This document shows positions 35,114 to 45,600 of a DNA stretch of 64,000 nt, piece by piece. The translations under genes were made by a program, and so were the position numbers. The stretch's first letter is position 1. Each line of letters starts with the position of its first letter. The notes beneath the pieces were generated by a model. That model was not told the origin of the DNA. It was given only the letters and a program-made list of their open reading frames with translations, and did not search any database. Source of the stretch: Mycobacterium phage prophi88-1; the sequence record MW584166.1; one strand, written 5' to 3'.

Positions 35114-36895
35114 GTGAAGTTCGACAAGCTGCCCGATCCGCTGCCCGCCACCGTCGCCGAGCTCAACGAGCTGGCTGCCACTGTGACAGCGGAGATCCGG
35201 GTATTCCAGGCCCGCGCCGCCGCCAACGACGAGTTCAGCGCTGAGGAGACTGAGCGTTTCGAGTACCTGCTCGACAGCCGCGACAAGGTTGTGACCGAGC
35301 GCGATTCGATCGCCGCCGCCGATCAGGCACAGACCGAGAACCTCAACGCCCTACTCGACCGCGCGAATGCCGCGACCGAGAAGCCCGAGCCCGAGCCAGC
35401 GGCCGACACCGCGACAGACAACGAGGCAGCCCCCGCAGACGGTGATGGTGCTGCAGCGGAAGTGGTAGCAGAGGCCGAAGCCGCCACCGCGGCAGCTGCC
35501 GAGGAATCGGAAACCGTCACCGCTGCCGCAGGTTCGGGCCGCCAGGTCGAATTCGCGGGCGCAGTTCGCAACAGTGATATCCCCGCCGGCGCCCCCACCG
35601 GTGAGAAGCCCAGGGGCTGGGACATGCTGCAGTCCGCACCGAAGTACGCCGAGTTCGGCACCGAGAAGGTCGGTTTCGCCGAGATCGCTCAGTCGATCGC
35701 CTCTGTAAGTGCCGGGTCCGTCTCGGGCCGTCAGCGCACCGGCACGAGCCCTGACGGCAACTACGCGACTCAGGCGATCGCACGCCTGACGCGGCCTGCT
35801 CCGGAGATTCCGGCGCCCGCCAATGAGCACGAGGCGCTCGCGGTTCTGGATGCCATCGGCCGCGACATCCCAGGCCACGGCCCAGCGAACGCGAAGGGCC
35901 TGGTCGCTGCTGGTGGTTGGTGCGCCCCGTCGCAGCAGGTCTACACCTTCTGCGGTGTGCCCGAGGCCTCGAATCTGCTGTCGCTGCCGGACTTCCCGTT
36001 CGACTTCTCTCGCGGCGGTGTCCGCGTCCCGATCAGCCCCGATGTGTCGGCGCTACTGGACAACCTGTGGCACTTCACCGAAGCCGAACTCGAAGCCGTC
36101 AACGCCCAGGGCGATCCGACCGCGGTCAAGAAGCTCATCGAGTTGCCGTGCCCGGACGAGTTCCTCGAGTGGCGCCTGGAGGCGATCGGCTGGGCGGCCA
36201 AGGCCGGCATCCTGATGCGCCAAGCCTGGCCCGAGGCGATCGAGAACGCATTGCAGCAGATCCAGGTTGCCCACCAGCACCGTGTCTCGCAGATCTCCAT
36301 CGGCAAGATGGTCGCTGGGTCGGGCACTCCGATCGCGGTTCCTGCCGGGGCGGTGCTGGGAGCAACTAGTGGCGTTCTCAACGGTCTGGCGCTGCAGGCG
36401 TCGAACCTTCGGTACAACAAGGGGCTCGCGGACAACGCCACCATCGAAGGCGTTGCGCCGGTGTGGTTCCGTGAGGTGCTGCGAGCAGACCTTGCGCTGC
36501 GTGAGGGCAAGGAATTCCTGGCCGTCACCAACGCGGAGATCGACAACTGGCTGGCGGTCCGCGACATCTACCTGCAGTACGTGGTGGATTGGCAGACCCG
36601 CGGCGCGGGCCAGCCCGGCAACATGGCCACGGTGGTGTACCCGGCCACGGTTGACGTGATGCTGTATCCGGCCGGCACCTGGTTCCGCACGCTGAACAAC
36701 GTCATCACCTTGGGTGTGCAGTACCCGCTGCAGCAGTTGCAGCTCAACCAGTACACCCACGTGTTCACCGAGGACTCGCTGCAGGTGGGCAAGCGTTGCG
36801 ACCAGTCGATCATCGTGCGGCTGCCGATCTGCGTGTCCGGTGCTATCGGCGCTCGTCAGACCGTGGCGTGCAACACGCCGCCTGTGACCCCGTAG
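35114..36895 (+). CDS. major capsid protein with N-terminal scaffold-like (delta) domain
   Basis: 593 aa; acidic coiled-coil N-terminus of about 200 aa then about 390-aa HK97-fold-sized domain; SD AGGAG before ATG; position. Confidence 0.65.
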   Translation: MKFDKLPDPLPATVAELNELAATVTAEIRVFQARAAANDEFSAEETERFEYLLDSRDKVVTERDSIAAADQAQTENLNALLDRANAATEKPEPEPAADTATDNEAAPADGDGAAAEVVAEAEAATAAAAEESETVTAAAGSGRQVEFAGAVRNSDIPAGAPTGEKPRGWDMLQSAPKYAEFGTEKVGFAEIAQSIASVSAGSVSGRQRTGTSPDGNYATQAIARLTRPAPEIPAPANEHEALAVLDAIGRDIPGHGPANAKGLVAAGGWCAPSQQVYTFCGVPEASNLLSLPDFPFDFSRGGVRVPISPDVSALLDNLWHFTEAELEAVNAQGDPTAVKKLIELPCPDEFLEWRLEAIGWAAKAGILMRQAWPEAIENALQQIQVAHQHRVSQISIGKMVAGSGTPIAVPAGAVLGATSGVLNGLALQASNLRYNKGLADNATIEGVAPVWFREVLRADLALREGKEFLAVTNAEIDNWLAVRDIYLQYVVDWQTRGAGQPGNMATVVYPATVDVMLYPAGTWFRTLNNVITLGVQYPLQQLQLNQYTHVFTEDSLQVGKRCDQSIIVRLPICVSGAIGARQTVACNTPPVTP

Positions 36896-36991
36896 CGGAG
36901 CCCGGCGAATCGCATTGGACGAGGCGGGCGGACGTGAACAACCGAGGCTTTCACGTCCGCCCGCCTTCCCGGCAGAGAGGAATCGCGCCAC

Positions 36992-37765
36992 ATGACTTCA
37001 GCGCTATCCCCGGTGCAGTTTGACGCACCGTTGGTCAACCCGGCACCCAACGGGCTCGTCGCTGCTACCCAGTGGGTCGACGAGAGCGGGCCGTTGCGTT
37101 GGCTGCCGTCCGGTGTCGAGTTCCGGGTCTTCAACTACGGCGGCGGCACCCAGTTCGGCGTCTGGAGCGCACCCTGGAACGCCACCGAGTCTGAGCTCAA
37201 ACCCGCCGATGTCAAAAAGGGTGAGCGTCCTGCCTTCCCAGATGCGTTCATTGCGCAGACCACGTACGCATCGGACGACTGCAGTCTGCTCAAGCGGAGC
37301 CGCGATGAGATCCGGGTCCGGGCACAGCAAGTACACCGCGTGCTGGAGCCTATCCAGACGGAGAAGACGCTCGCGGCCCGCATGCTGCTCGATGCCGGGA
37401 CGCCCGCGGCTAAGACGGGAATCGTGGCAGCTATTGGTGCCATCGAGGCGCTGATCGCGGACACCGGCACCGTCGGGGTCATTCACGCGTCGGCGGAGTT
37501 GGCCGCCCCTGCCGCACAGGCGAATCTGATCCGCTACAACAACGGCCGGCTGGTTTCACCGCTGGGTAACACCTGGGTGTTCGGCGGCGGCTACGTCTCG
37601 GCGCTGGGCGCCAAGCTGATCGCCACCAGCCCCACCTACGGCTGGCGCGGACCAGTGGAGCTGCGCGATGCGCCGAGCCTGCAGCACAACGAATTCAAGG
37701 CCATCGCCGAGCGGTCGCTGGTCGTCGGATATGAGGCGCTGATCGGCGCCGTGAACATCACGTAG
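36992..37765 (+). CDS. hypothetical structural protein
   Basis: 257 aa, position between capsid and head-tail genes. Confidence 0.5.
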   Translation: MTSALSPVQFDAPLVNPAPNGLVAATQWVDESGPLRWLPSGVEFRVFNYGGGTQFGVWSAPWNATESELKPADVKKGERPAFPDAFIAQTTYASDDCSLLKRSRDEIRVRAQQVHRVLEPIQTEKTLAARMLLDAGTPAAKTGIVAAIGAIEALIADTGTVGVIHASAELAAPAAQANLIRYNNGRLVSPLGNTWVFGGGYVSALGAKLIATSPTYGWRGPVELRDAPSLQHNEFKAIAERSLVVGYEALIGAVNIT

Positions 37766-37770
37766 AAGGG

Positions 37771-38316
37771 TTGGACGTTATGCCTGCTGGTGTGGAGGTT
37801 GTGGTCAAGGAAGGCTTCGCCACCATCGATTTCGTCGACGGGACGCTGCGCGGCCCCGGATTGGCCAAGCTGCTGGAAGTCGGCACACCGCCCGAGGCCA
37901 TCGAGAAACTGACCCGCGAGGGTCCGCGCGCTGTCTACGTAGTGCCGGAAGGCAATGCCCGCGAGGCCGGACTGCTCGACGAAGTGGACGCCGACGACTC
38001 CAACGATGGACCACCGCCAGCAGGAATGACCGACGAGACCACGGGCGACGACGGCTCTCGCGCGGCGTTGCCGCTCGCTGAACCGGTTTCGACCGACGCC
38101 GAAGGTACGGCCATCGGCGACCCCGCCCAAGAGCCGTTTCCTACAGGTGATTTCGCGCCGAAGGCTTGGCCACAGGGCGATCCTGAGTTGGACTGGAAGC
38201 GGCCGCAGCTCGATGCCTACGCCGCGTCCAAGGGTCTGGACACCCACGAGCTGCCCAACAAGGAAGCAGTGTTCGCGGCCATCGCTAAGCACGCTTCAGA
38301 GGCGATGAACTCGTGA
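37771..38316 (+). CDS. hypothetical head-completion/structural protein
   Basis: 181 aa, acidic. Confidence 0.45.
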   Translation: MDVMPAGVEVVVKEGFATIDFVDGTLRGPGLAKLLEVGTPPEAIEKLTREGPRAVYVVPEGNAREAGLLDEVDADDSNDGPPPAGMTDETTGDDGSRAALPLAEPVSTDAEGTAIGDPAQEPFPTGDFAPKAWPQGDPELDWKRPQLDAYAASKGLDTHELPNKEAVFAAIAKHASEAMNS

Positions 38317-38576
38317 GCGATCTGTTTACCCGGGAGTTCTGGAAGGACGCGGTGGAGCGCACCGTGAGTTCTGCGGCACAAGGGTTCCTTGTAGGTGGCG
38401 GTCTCGGTGTTGGTGCCGAAGCTACGCAATCTGTTGACGCCCGGTACTTTCCGTGGCTCGCTGCGGCCAGCGTCGCCGGCGGTATGGCAGCGGCGAGCTT
38501 CGCCAAGTGCCTGGCCGCAGTGCATGTCGGTGAGCGTGGGACTGCCTCACTACATCGGCGAAGGTCATTCGAGTGA
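38313..38576 (+). CDS. small membrane protein, r1t-holin-like N-terminus
   Basis: MSDLFTREFWKDAVERTVSSAAQGF resembles Phage_r1t_holin family start; hydrophobic segments. Confidence 0.35.
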   Translation: MSDLFTREFWKDAVERTVSSAAQGFLVGGGLGVGAEATQSVDARYFPWLAAASVAGGMAAASFAKCLAAVHVGERGTASLHRRRSFE

Positions 38577-38824
38577 GCCCAGACCAGATCCAGGCCATTG
38601 GTGGCGTCATCGTCGCCATCCTGACCGCCTGGCAGGGGCTGACCACGCGACGCGTCCGGAATCTCGAAACCCATGTGAAGGCAGTCGAGACCGAACGAGA
38701 CAAGCTCAGCTCCAAACTGCGCGTTGCTGTCCGTTATATCCGTGAGTGGATGGAGTGGGCGCGCCAACACGCGCCCGGCAAGCCAACTCCGGCGGTCCCG
38801 GCCGAGTTACGCGAAGAGATCTGA
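38573..38824 (+). CDS. small membrane + coiled-coil protein
   Basis: 83 aa; TM IGGVIVAILTAWQGL then coiled coil. Confidence 0.4.
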   Translation: MSPDQIQAIGGVIVAILTAWQGLTTRRVRNLETHVKAVETERDKLSSKLRVAVRYIREWMEWARQHAPGKPTPAVPAELREEI

Positions 38825-38911
38825 TGCACCCCGTCCTTTTACTGTTCGCCGCAGCCTCGGAAAACGTAATGGACCGGCGCGAAGCGCCTGATAGCAGGAG
38901 GAAGCCAGCAC

Positions 38912-39970
38912 ATGGCATTCGCAGTCGTTAAGGGCTATGCGCTCCGCGTGACCAAGGTGGATTCGTGCGGTCTGCCCATCCAGGGCAACGCCAACCGCAT
39001 CGTCACCGAGGGATTCATTCGGGTCAATCTGGATCCGAATATGAAGGAAGCCAACGAGATCACCCAAGAGAACGCCGCGGGCAAGGAGTGCGTCAGTGAT
39101 CGCACCCCGGCCGAACGCCGTTGGTGGAACACCGAACTGCAGCTGTGCGGCGTTGACCCGGACCTGTGGTCGCTGATCCTCGGCTGGGCGCGGGTGCTCG
39201 ACCATGAGGGCAACCCGATCGGCGTGATCGACAGCAAGTCCGTCGATGACAAGTCGGGCGTCATGTTCGAGATCTGGACTGGCGGCCAGGGCGACGACGA
39301 CTGCCCCGAGCCGCTGGATGATTCGATCTTCTCCGCGGCGGCATCCGGACGCCAATACGGCTATCTCGCTTTTGCGGGCAATGAGTTCGTCTCGGGCGCA
39401 ATCCCTGTTGGCGCCGAAGCGTCGAACTTCACCTTGACGGGTCGCACGATCGCGCCCAAGCGCTGGGGACGGGGCCCGTACAACGTGGCCGCGATCGACC
39501 CCGCCGGCACACCGGGGCGTCTGCTGGTTCCCATGTACAGCAAGCCCTCGGACAACCACCTGATCCTGTTCCGGACCCCGGTGCCGCCGCCGGCGCCCAC
39601 CGAAGGTGCGTGCGAGCTGGCGGTGCAGTCGATCTTCACCGGACCAGGTAAGGCGTACTTCGGTGTGGACGCCGCTGATGTGGCTCCGCCGCAGCCGATC
39701 TGCAAGGCCAAGACGTACACCGTCGCGGTCACCGGCACCGGGAACTGGAAGGCCAAGGTCGGCACTGAGCCGACCGCCGACATCGCCGCCACCGCGCTGC
39801 CCGCGGCGGTGCAGTCGGCGATCGAGGCGCTGCCCAACGTCGAGGTGGGCCAGGTCCAGGTCTCCGGTACGGCAGGCAGCTACACCGTGAAGCTCGACCC
39901 GGCTCTGGGGGCGCTTAGCGCCGACAGCACGGGCCTGACTGGCGGTGCTGCCACCGTCACACCGGCGTAG
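38912..39970 (+). CDS. putative major tail subunit with C-terminal Ig-like domain
   Basis: 352 aa; C-terminal KTYTVAVTGTGNWKAKVGTE...SYTVKLDP Ig-like pattern. Confidence 0.4.
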   Translation: MAFAVVKGYALRVTKVDSCGLPIQGNANRIVTEGFIRVNLDPNMKEANEITQENAAGKECVSDRTPAERRWWNTELQLCGVDPDLWSLILGWARVLDHEGNPIGVIDSKSVDDKSGVMFEIWTGGQGDDDCPEPLDDSIFSAAASGRQYGYLAFAGNEFVSGAIPVGAEASNFTLTGRTIAPKRWGRGPYNVAAIDPAGTPGRLLVPMYSKPSDNHLILFRTPVPPPAPTEGACELAVQSIFTGPGKAYFGVDAADVAPPQPICKAKTYTVAVTGTGNWKAKVGTEPTADIAATALPAAVQSAIEALPNVEVGQVQVSGTAGSYTVKLDPALGALSADSTGLTGGAATVTPA

Positions 39971-40048
39971 GGGAGCAGGCGAGCGAAACGCCCGGGGTGT
40001 CACGGCCCCCGGGCGTTTCGTCATGTGTAAGCACCCCCGACTCCTACC

Positions 40049-40801
40049 GTGTGCCCCATGTCCTGCGATTGGCCGATCGACCGGAGCTGTCTGCCGCCGC
40101 TGCCCGAACTCGGCACCAGCCCGACCGCGGAGGAACAAGCGGCCCACAACCTGGAACTGATGCGGCGCAGCAACGCCGAAGACATTGCCGTGCACGTGCT
40201 GTGGGCGCTGTCAGGCCGACAGTTCGGCGCCTGCGCAACCACAGCGCGGCCCTGCCGCTCCTACGCGCAGGGATTCGGATACAGCTCGACTGTTCTGAAA
40301 CTCGATGCCGGCCAATGGGTGAACTGGCCGTGTGGCTGTATCGGGGGCTGCTCGGTCACGGGCCCGCGGGTAGTGCATCTGCCGGGCCCGGTCGCATCGA
40401 TCACCGACGTGAGGATCGACGGCGCGGTGCTCGATGAGTCCGGGTACCAGCTGGAGGGAAACGCCCTGTACCGCAAGGACGGTGCATGGCCTAGCCAAGA
40501 TCTCGGCAGGCCGCTCGGGGAGCCCGGAACCTGGTCGGTGACCTACGCACGCGGCAACCCCGTACCAGCTGGCGTCGACAAACTGGTAGGCCAACTAGCC
40601 CGCGAATTTGTTGCCGCCTGCGACGACGAAGAAACATGCCGACTGCCGCGCACCGTGGTGGCCACCACCCGCCGCGGTGTGAGCCACGAATTCGATCCGA
40701 CAAAGATCCTCGCCGCCGGCAAGACGGGGCTAAGCGAGGTGGACCTGTGGCTGTCCGCGGTCAATCCGCATCGACTCCAGCAGGCACCGGAGGTGCTGTG
40801 A
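40049..40801 (+). CDS. head-to-tail connector/adaptor protein
   Basis: 250 aa; position. Confidence 0.4.
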   Translation: MCPMSCDWPIDRSCLPPLPELGTSPTAEEQAAHNLELMRRSNAEDIAVHVLWALSGRQFGACATTARPCRSYAQGFGYSSTVLKLDAGQWVNWPCGCIGGCSVTGPRVVHLPGPVASITDVRIDGAVLDESGYQLEGNALYRKDGAWPSQDLGRPLGEPGTWSVTYARGNPVPAGVDKLVGQLAREFVAACDDEETCRLPRTVVATTRRGVSHEFDPTKILAAGKTGLSEVDLWLSAVNPHRLQQAPEVL

Positions 40802-41340
40802 ATCCCCACGATCCAGCCTCCGATATCGTCAACGAATTCATCAACGCGATGAAAAAGGCCTTCAACCCAACAGATTCGGTCCAACCGCCGCTCGGTGGCG
40901 GCTCCGAGGATGTGCGGTTCTTCGCCGGCGACGGGCCGCTGCCGCTGTCCGTTTGGGATCCCGAGCACGGGCCGGCGGCGGGCTGCAAAGAGCCGCTGCT
41001 CTGGGTGCGGGTGGATCGCCGGTACCGCAGCCGGCGCAGTGATTTTCCCGCTGCCTACGTTGCCGCCCGGGATTGCAAGACCGCTGATGTGGTGCGGGCA
41101 CTGGCGGTCGAGATCGGTATCGCACGGTGCGCGGACATGTCAGCCAAACCGAAGTGGCCGGTGCTCGAATCGGAGGCCGAGATCAGCCTGGATGACTCGT
41201 TCCGGATCGAAACGGCGTTGTGTCTTGCGGCCACCGCGCTGACCAAGCCCGATCGTGCAGTAGCCACCGATACCATCGCGCCGCAAGGGCCCGAGGGCGG
41301 GCTGATCGCGTGGACCGGTATGGCCTACGTGTCGCTATGA
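40798..41340 (+). CDS. head-tail joining protein (hypothetical)
   Basis: GTG overlapping upstream stop; 180 aa. Confidence 0.4.
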   Translation: MNPHDPASDIVNEFINAMKKAFNPTDSVQPPLGGGSEDVRFFAGDGPLPLSVWDPEHGPAAGCKEPLLWVRVDRRYRSRRSDFPAAYVAARDCKTADVVRALAVEIGIARCADMSAKPKWPVLESEAEISLDDSFRIETALCLAATALTKPDRAVATDTIAPQGPEGGLIAWTGMAYVSL

Positions 41341-41353
41341 GAGAGGGTGCGCT

Positions 41354-41701
41354 GTGGGGCATTACGTCACCATCGAGGGAAGCCTGACACCGACCACGAG
41401 TCTGGCGCGGGGCGTGCGCAAGACAGTGGCCGTCACCGACGAGGTCCGCAAGCTGGTGCAGATCGGTGGCGCCGTCGTGGTGGACGGCAGCCTCGACGAA
41501 CCTGAAGCCCCCGGAAACGAGTCCAGCAGCGAAAGCACCGCGCAAGCCGAAACAGCGGACGAAACCGAGCCGGATTCCGCTGCCGACAGCCCGCACACCG
41601 AGGCCGACACGGAGACCTCGGCCAAGCGTGTCCGCAGCGCACGCCGGTCGCCGGCCGCCGACCCAGACGCACCGCAGACGAAGCCCGATGGCGCGAGTTA
41701 G
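41354..41701 (+). CDS. hypothetical protein with acidic C-terminal tail
   Basis: 115 aa. Confidence 0.4.
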   Translation: MGHYVTIEGSLTPTTSLARGVRKTVAVTDEVRKLVQIGGAVVVDGSLDEPEAPGNESSSESTAQAETADETEPDSAADSPHTEADTETSAKRVRSARRSPAADPDAPQTKPDGAS

Positions 41702-42092
41702 AGGGCGCTTCGAGCTTCACGAACGAGAGCTCAACGACCAGACCCGGTCTTTCGGCCGGCGCCGGATGGCGTCCCTGCAGCGACGTATCGCCAACCAGGC
41801 ACGCGTCGACGCCCCCGTTCGCACCGGCAACCTCGGCCGCCAGGTCAACGAGGGACACATCGGTTTCACCGGCCCCCGAACGATTTCCGGCAGCGTCGGC
41901 AACGACGCCCGCTACGCGCTATACGTCCACGAGGGCTCGCGGCCTCACCTCATCCGGCCACGCAACGCCAAAGCGCTGCGGTTCCAGATAGGCGGGCGCA
42001 CGGTGTTCGCAAAGCTGGTGCACCACCCGGGAACGAAGGCGCGACCGTTCTTGCGCAACGCCGGAATGCGAGTGGCATCGCGGGAACGCTGA
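41688..42092 (+). CDS. HK97 gp10-family tail-completion protein
   Basis: ATG 41688; RYALYVHEGSRPH and RFQIGGRTVFAKLVHHPGTKARPF match HK97_gp10 family. Confidence 0.6.
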   Translation: MARVRGRFELHERELNDQTRSFGRRRMASLQRRIANQARVDAPVRTGNLGRQVNEGHIGFTGPRTISGSVGNDARYALYVHEGSRPHLIRPRNAKALRFQIGGRTVFAKLVHHPGTKARPFLRNAGMRVASRER

Positions 42093-42109
42093 CCAACTAT
42101 TCACTGCGA

Positions 42110-42658
42110 GTGAATCGTTCGGCTGCACCCCTGCTCGGCACGCTACGCGCCATGACCACACCCGCCTCGGAACCTCTCCAGTCGCCCGCCCCTGCACCGG
42201 CCGAACCGGCAGCAGCCGGCGCCATCGAACAAGATGTCATCGCGCCTAATACGCAGGTAGTCACTGAACCAGCTGCCCACGGTGATGCGCTGCCAGCGGT
42301 CCGGGCCAGTAGCGAGGTAGCGACGCCCAGCGGGTGGCCGCACGAGTTCCTGGAGTTTGGTGGCGACAAGCTCGAAATCCGGGTTCCCACACCACAGGCC
42401 ATGTCGGCGCTGTCGCTTGGAATGGGCAAGTACGTTCCGGCGAAGATGAAGAACGAGATCAGCGGCCTGTTCATCGCCCGGCATCTGTCGGAAGACACCT
42501 ACGAGCACGTCTACTCGCGGTTGATGAACCCGGACGACACCGGATACAACGCCAACACCATCGGGGAGCTGATCGGCGCGCTGCTCAACGAAGGTGTCGA
42601 GCAATTCGAAAAGGTGTCGAAGGCACCGGAAGCGGTGAACAGCGAGGCCGAGAAGTAG
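42110..42658 (+). CDS. tail assembly chaperone (G-like)
   Basis: 182 aa directly upstream of tape measure; overlapping -1 frame ORF extends to 42687. Confidence 0.6.
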   Translation: MNRSAAPLLGTLRAMTTPASEPLQSPAPAPAEPAAAGAIEQDVIAPNTQVVTEPAAHGDALPAVRASSEVATPSGWPHEFLEFGGDKLEIRVPTPQAMSALSLGMGKYVPAKMKNEISGLFIARHLSEDTYEHVYSRLMNPDDTGYNANTIGELIGALLNEGVEQFEKVSKAPEAVNSEAEK

Positions 42659-42687
42659 CACCCCACCTCGCTAGCTTGAGCCGGTGA
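42334..42687 (+). other. -1 frame extension of tail assembly chaperone (GT-like programmed frameshift product)
   Basis: Open -1 frame overlapping the 3' half of the chaperone gene and ending at the TMP start; conserved siphovirus arrangement; slippery site not pinpointed (GAAAAGG at 42608 is a candidate). Confidence 0.4.
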
Positions 42688-45600
42688 CCACGCCCGTCGG
42701 CTCGATTCGCCTTGATCTGTCGATCGACGGTTCGGACCTTGACGACGAGATCACTGCTGCTGTGCAAAAGCACATGGGGCCCGCCATGGCGAGGCTTCAC
42801 GCGCAGCTTGATCGAATCGAGCGTGAGTATGTCGAGGCCGCGCGTGCGGCTGAAAAGTCCTCCGCTAAGCAGACAGCAGCAGCCAGGGCCGTTGCCGAAG
42901 CGGTCGAGGACATCGGTGACGAGCACACCAAGTCGGCAGCCAAAGCGCGTGCTGGCGAGAGCGTTTCGACACGGTCGATCAACGCGACCACCCGGGCCAT
43001 CCAAAAGCAGACAGCAGCCTGGGAAGCGAACGCGGCGGCGCGGATCGCCGCGGCAGCTGCACCGACCCCGGCCGGACCACCGCCAGGCGGCGGTAGCCGC
43101 GGTGGGGGAGGCGGCGGCTCTGGCGGCGGTGTCAGATGGCATGGCGGCAGGGGAGGTTTCCTTTCCAGCCCCATAGGATTGAATGCGATTTCTCTCGGTG
43201 TCGGCAGCCTTCCGGCCGCGACCACGGCCGTTGTCAACCTCACCGGGGCACTGCAGCAGCTCGTCCAGGTCGGATTCGTTGTACCTGGCGTCATCGGCGG
43301 CATGGTCTCGTCGATCGGCACCGCGGTGTTGGGGTTCCACGGCCTGTCCGACGCGGTGAAGGCATCGTGGGAGGCCGCGAAGTCGGGCGACCCGAAGGAC
43401 ATCAAGAAAGCTGCCGAGGCAATGCAGGGCCTTGCCCCGGCGGTCCAGGGCGTCGTCAAGGCCATAGTTTCCGCGCGCCCCCAACTGGAGCATCTGCAGC
43501 GCGACATCGTGGCGCAGAACATGTTCGAAGGCGTCGATCAGAGCATCACCGAACTGACCGACAAATCGATACCCACCTTGGAGAAGGGCCTCGGCGGCAT
43601 CGCGAAGGCATGGAACGCCACGTTCAAGGAACTGGGCCGCGTCGGCGGCCTGGACTCCTCGCAGTCAATCTTGGACAAGCTGTTCGGCAACACCGCCGAC
43701 GCGCAGAACCGCGCCAACGCGGCGATCGAACCGCTGATCCACGGTTTCGGCACACTGACTGCCGAGGGCAGCGACTTCCTGCCGCGTATCGCCGACGGGT
43801 TGACCGCTGTCACAAAGCGATTCGACAACTGGATCACCCGATCGGTGGAGAACGGCAACCTCGACAAATGGATCACCGAAGGCATCGAGGGTGCCGACCA
43901 TCTGGGCAACACACTGTTGAACATCGGCAAGATCATCGCCTCGATCACCAAAGCCGCTGGCGGCGACGGCGGTCTGTTGTCCGCGCTCGACGGCGGGTCC
44001 GGCGCTCTGGCCGACTTCCTGGCATCGGACAAGGGCCAAGAGAAGCTGATCAAGTTCTTCACCGAGGGACGCGAGCAGATCAAGCAGTGGATGCCGATCC
44101 TGGGCAACGTCGCCTCGCTCCTGGGTGATGTTTACGACGGCATGAAGCAGTGGACCGCGGTGCTGCTACCGATCCTCAAAATGGTTACCGACCTTCTCAA
44201 CTCGATGCCAGGCGGCATCTCCGGTGTCGTCACAGCATTCCTGGCGTGGAGAACGATCTCCGGCATTACCTCGGTTCTGTCCGGGATAAACAGCATCGGG
44301 TCGGCCCTGGACGGTTTACCTGGGAAAGCAGGGACAGCGGCAGGGGGAATCAACAAGGCGCTGGCAGGTCTGGGCATCGGCGCGGCGGCATTCCAGATCG
44401 GCGGCGGCTTGATCAACTCGGATTCGGGGTTGGCGCAGGCCGGAGGGTTCGCCGCCAACATCGGTGGCGGTGCCCTGGCCGGTGGCCTGATGGGCGGTCC
44501 GTGGGGTGCTGCGCTCGGCGCCATGATTGGTGCCGGTGTGTCGTTGTTCGAGCTGTCTCGCAAGCGCCTGGAAGAAGGCAAAGCCGAGTGGGACAAGTCG
44601 TGGCAGGAGCACCATGACAACCCACCGCCGCCGGTTATCTCCCCCAGTGGCATCGACCTCAAGACGATGCTTCCGGTCGACCGTGGACCGTCGCTGTCGC
44701 AAGGCATGCTCGCGCAGATTCAGGCCGGGAAACTTCCGGGGTACAGCATCGGCCCGAACGGCGCGGTGATCGGTCCCGACGGTCAACCACTGCCCGGCCT
44801 GAACCTGGGCGGCGTGACGCCGTACACCCCCTCGTTCCCGCTACCAACGCTACCGCCCCCTGCTCCGCCTCCACAGAAGCAACCGACCACGTTCCTGCCG
44901 ATACCCGGCGCGACGGGGCAAAACGTCCCCGCCCCGCAAGGAACTAACCTCGGTCAGTTGATCGGCGCCGGTGCGTTGCCCGAGGTACAGGCCAACGTCC
45001 AGAAGTTGGCATCGGACATCCAGGCACTGCCCGAGGGTGAGGTCAAGATCAAAGACCCGTCGCCCGAAGTGATGAAAAACCTTGAGTCCCTGGATGTACA
45101 GATCACCAAGGTCTCGGAGAACGAGATCCAGGTCAAGGCCAACACCAGTGCGGCACAAGCCCAGATCGAAGCGTTCATCCTCAAGTACAAGCAGCAGACG
45201 ATCACCATGATGATCCAGGCGCAGGGAATGACTCCCGCGGTGCCGCCTGGCCGCGCCGACGGCGGCGTGCTGCCCGGTTGGTCTCCCGGTGTCGACAACA
45301 TGCTGGTACCGATGTCCGGCGGCGAGGGCGTGCTCATCCCCGAGGCTGTGCGCGGCCTGGGTGGGGCTGCAGCCATTTACGCCATCAACAGCCGGTTCCG
45401 TAGCGGCCTGTCCCGCAGGGGATACGCCGACGGCGGCGTGGTCGGTGCGGTGGCAGGCATTCCTGGCGTCGATGACAACACCGAACTCGGAGTGCTGCGA
45501 CAAATCCGAGACCTGTTGGCCGGCAAGGGCGGCGGCCCGCTGCCCGCGACCTCCGATGCCATCAAGTCCATCGCCTCCGACGGCGTCGCATCGGCCACCG

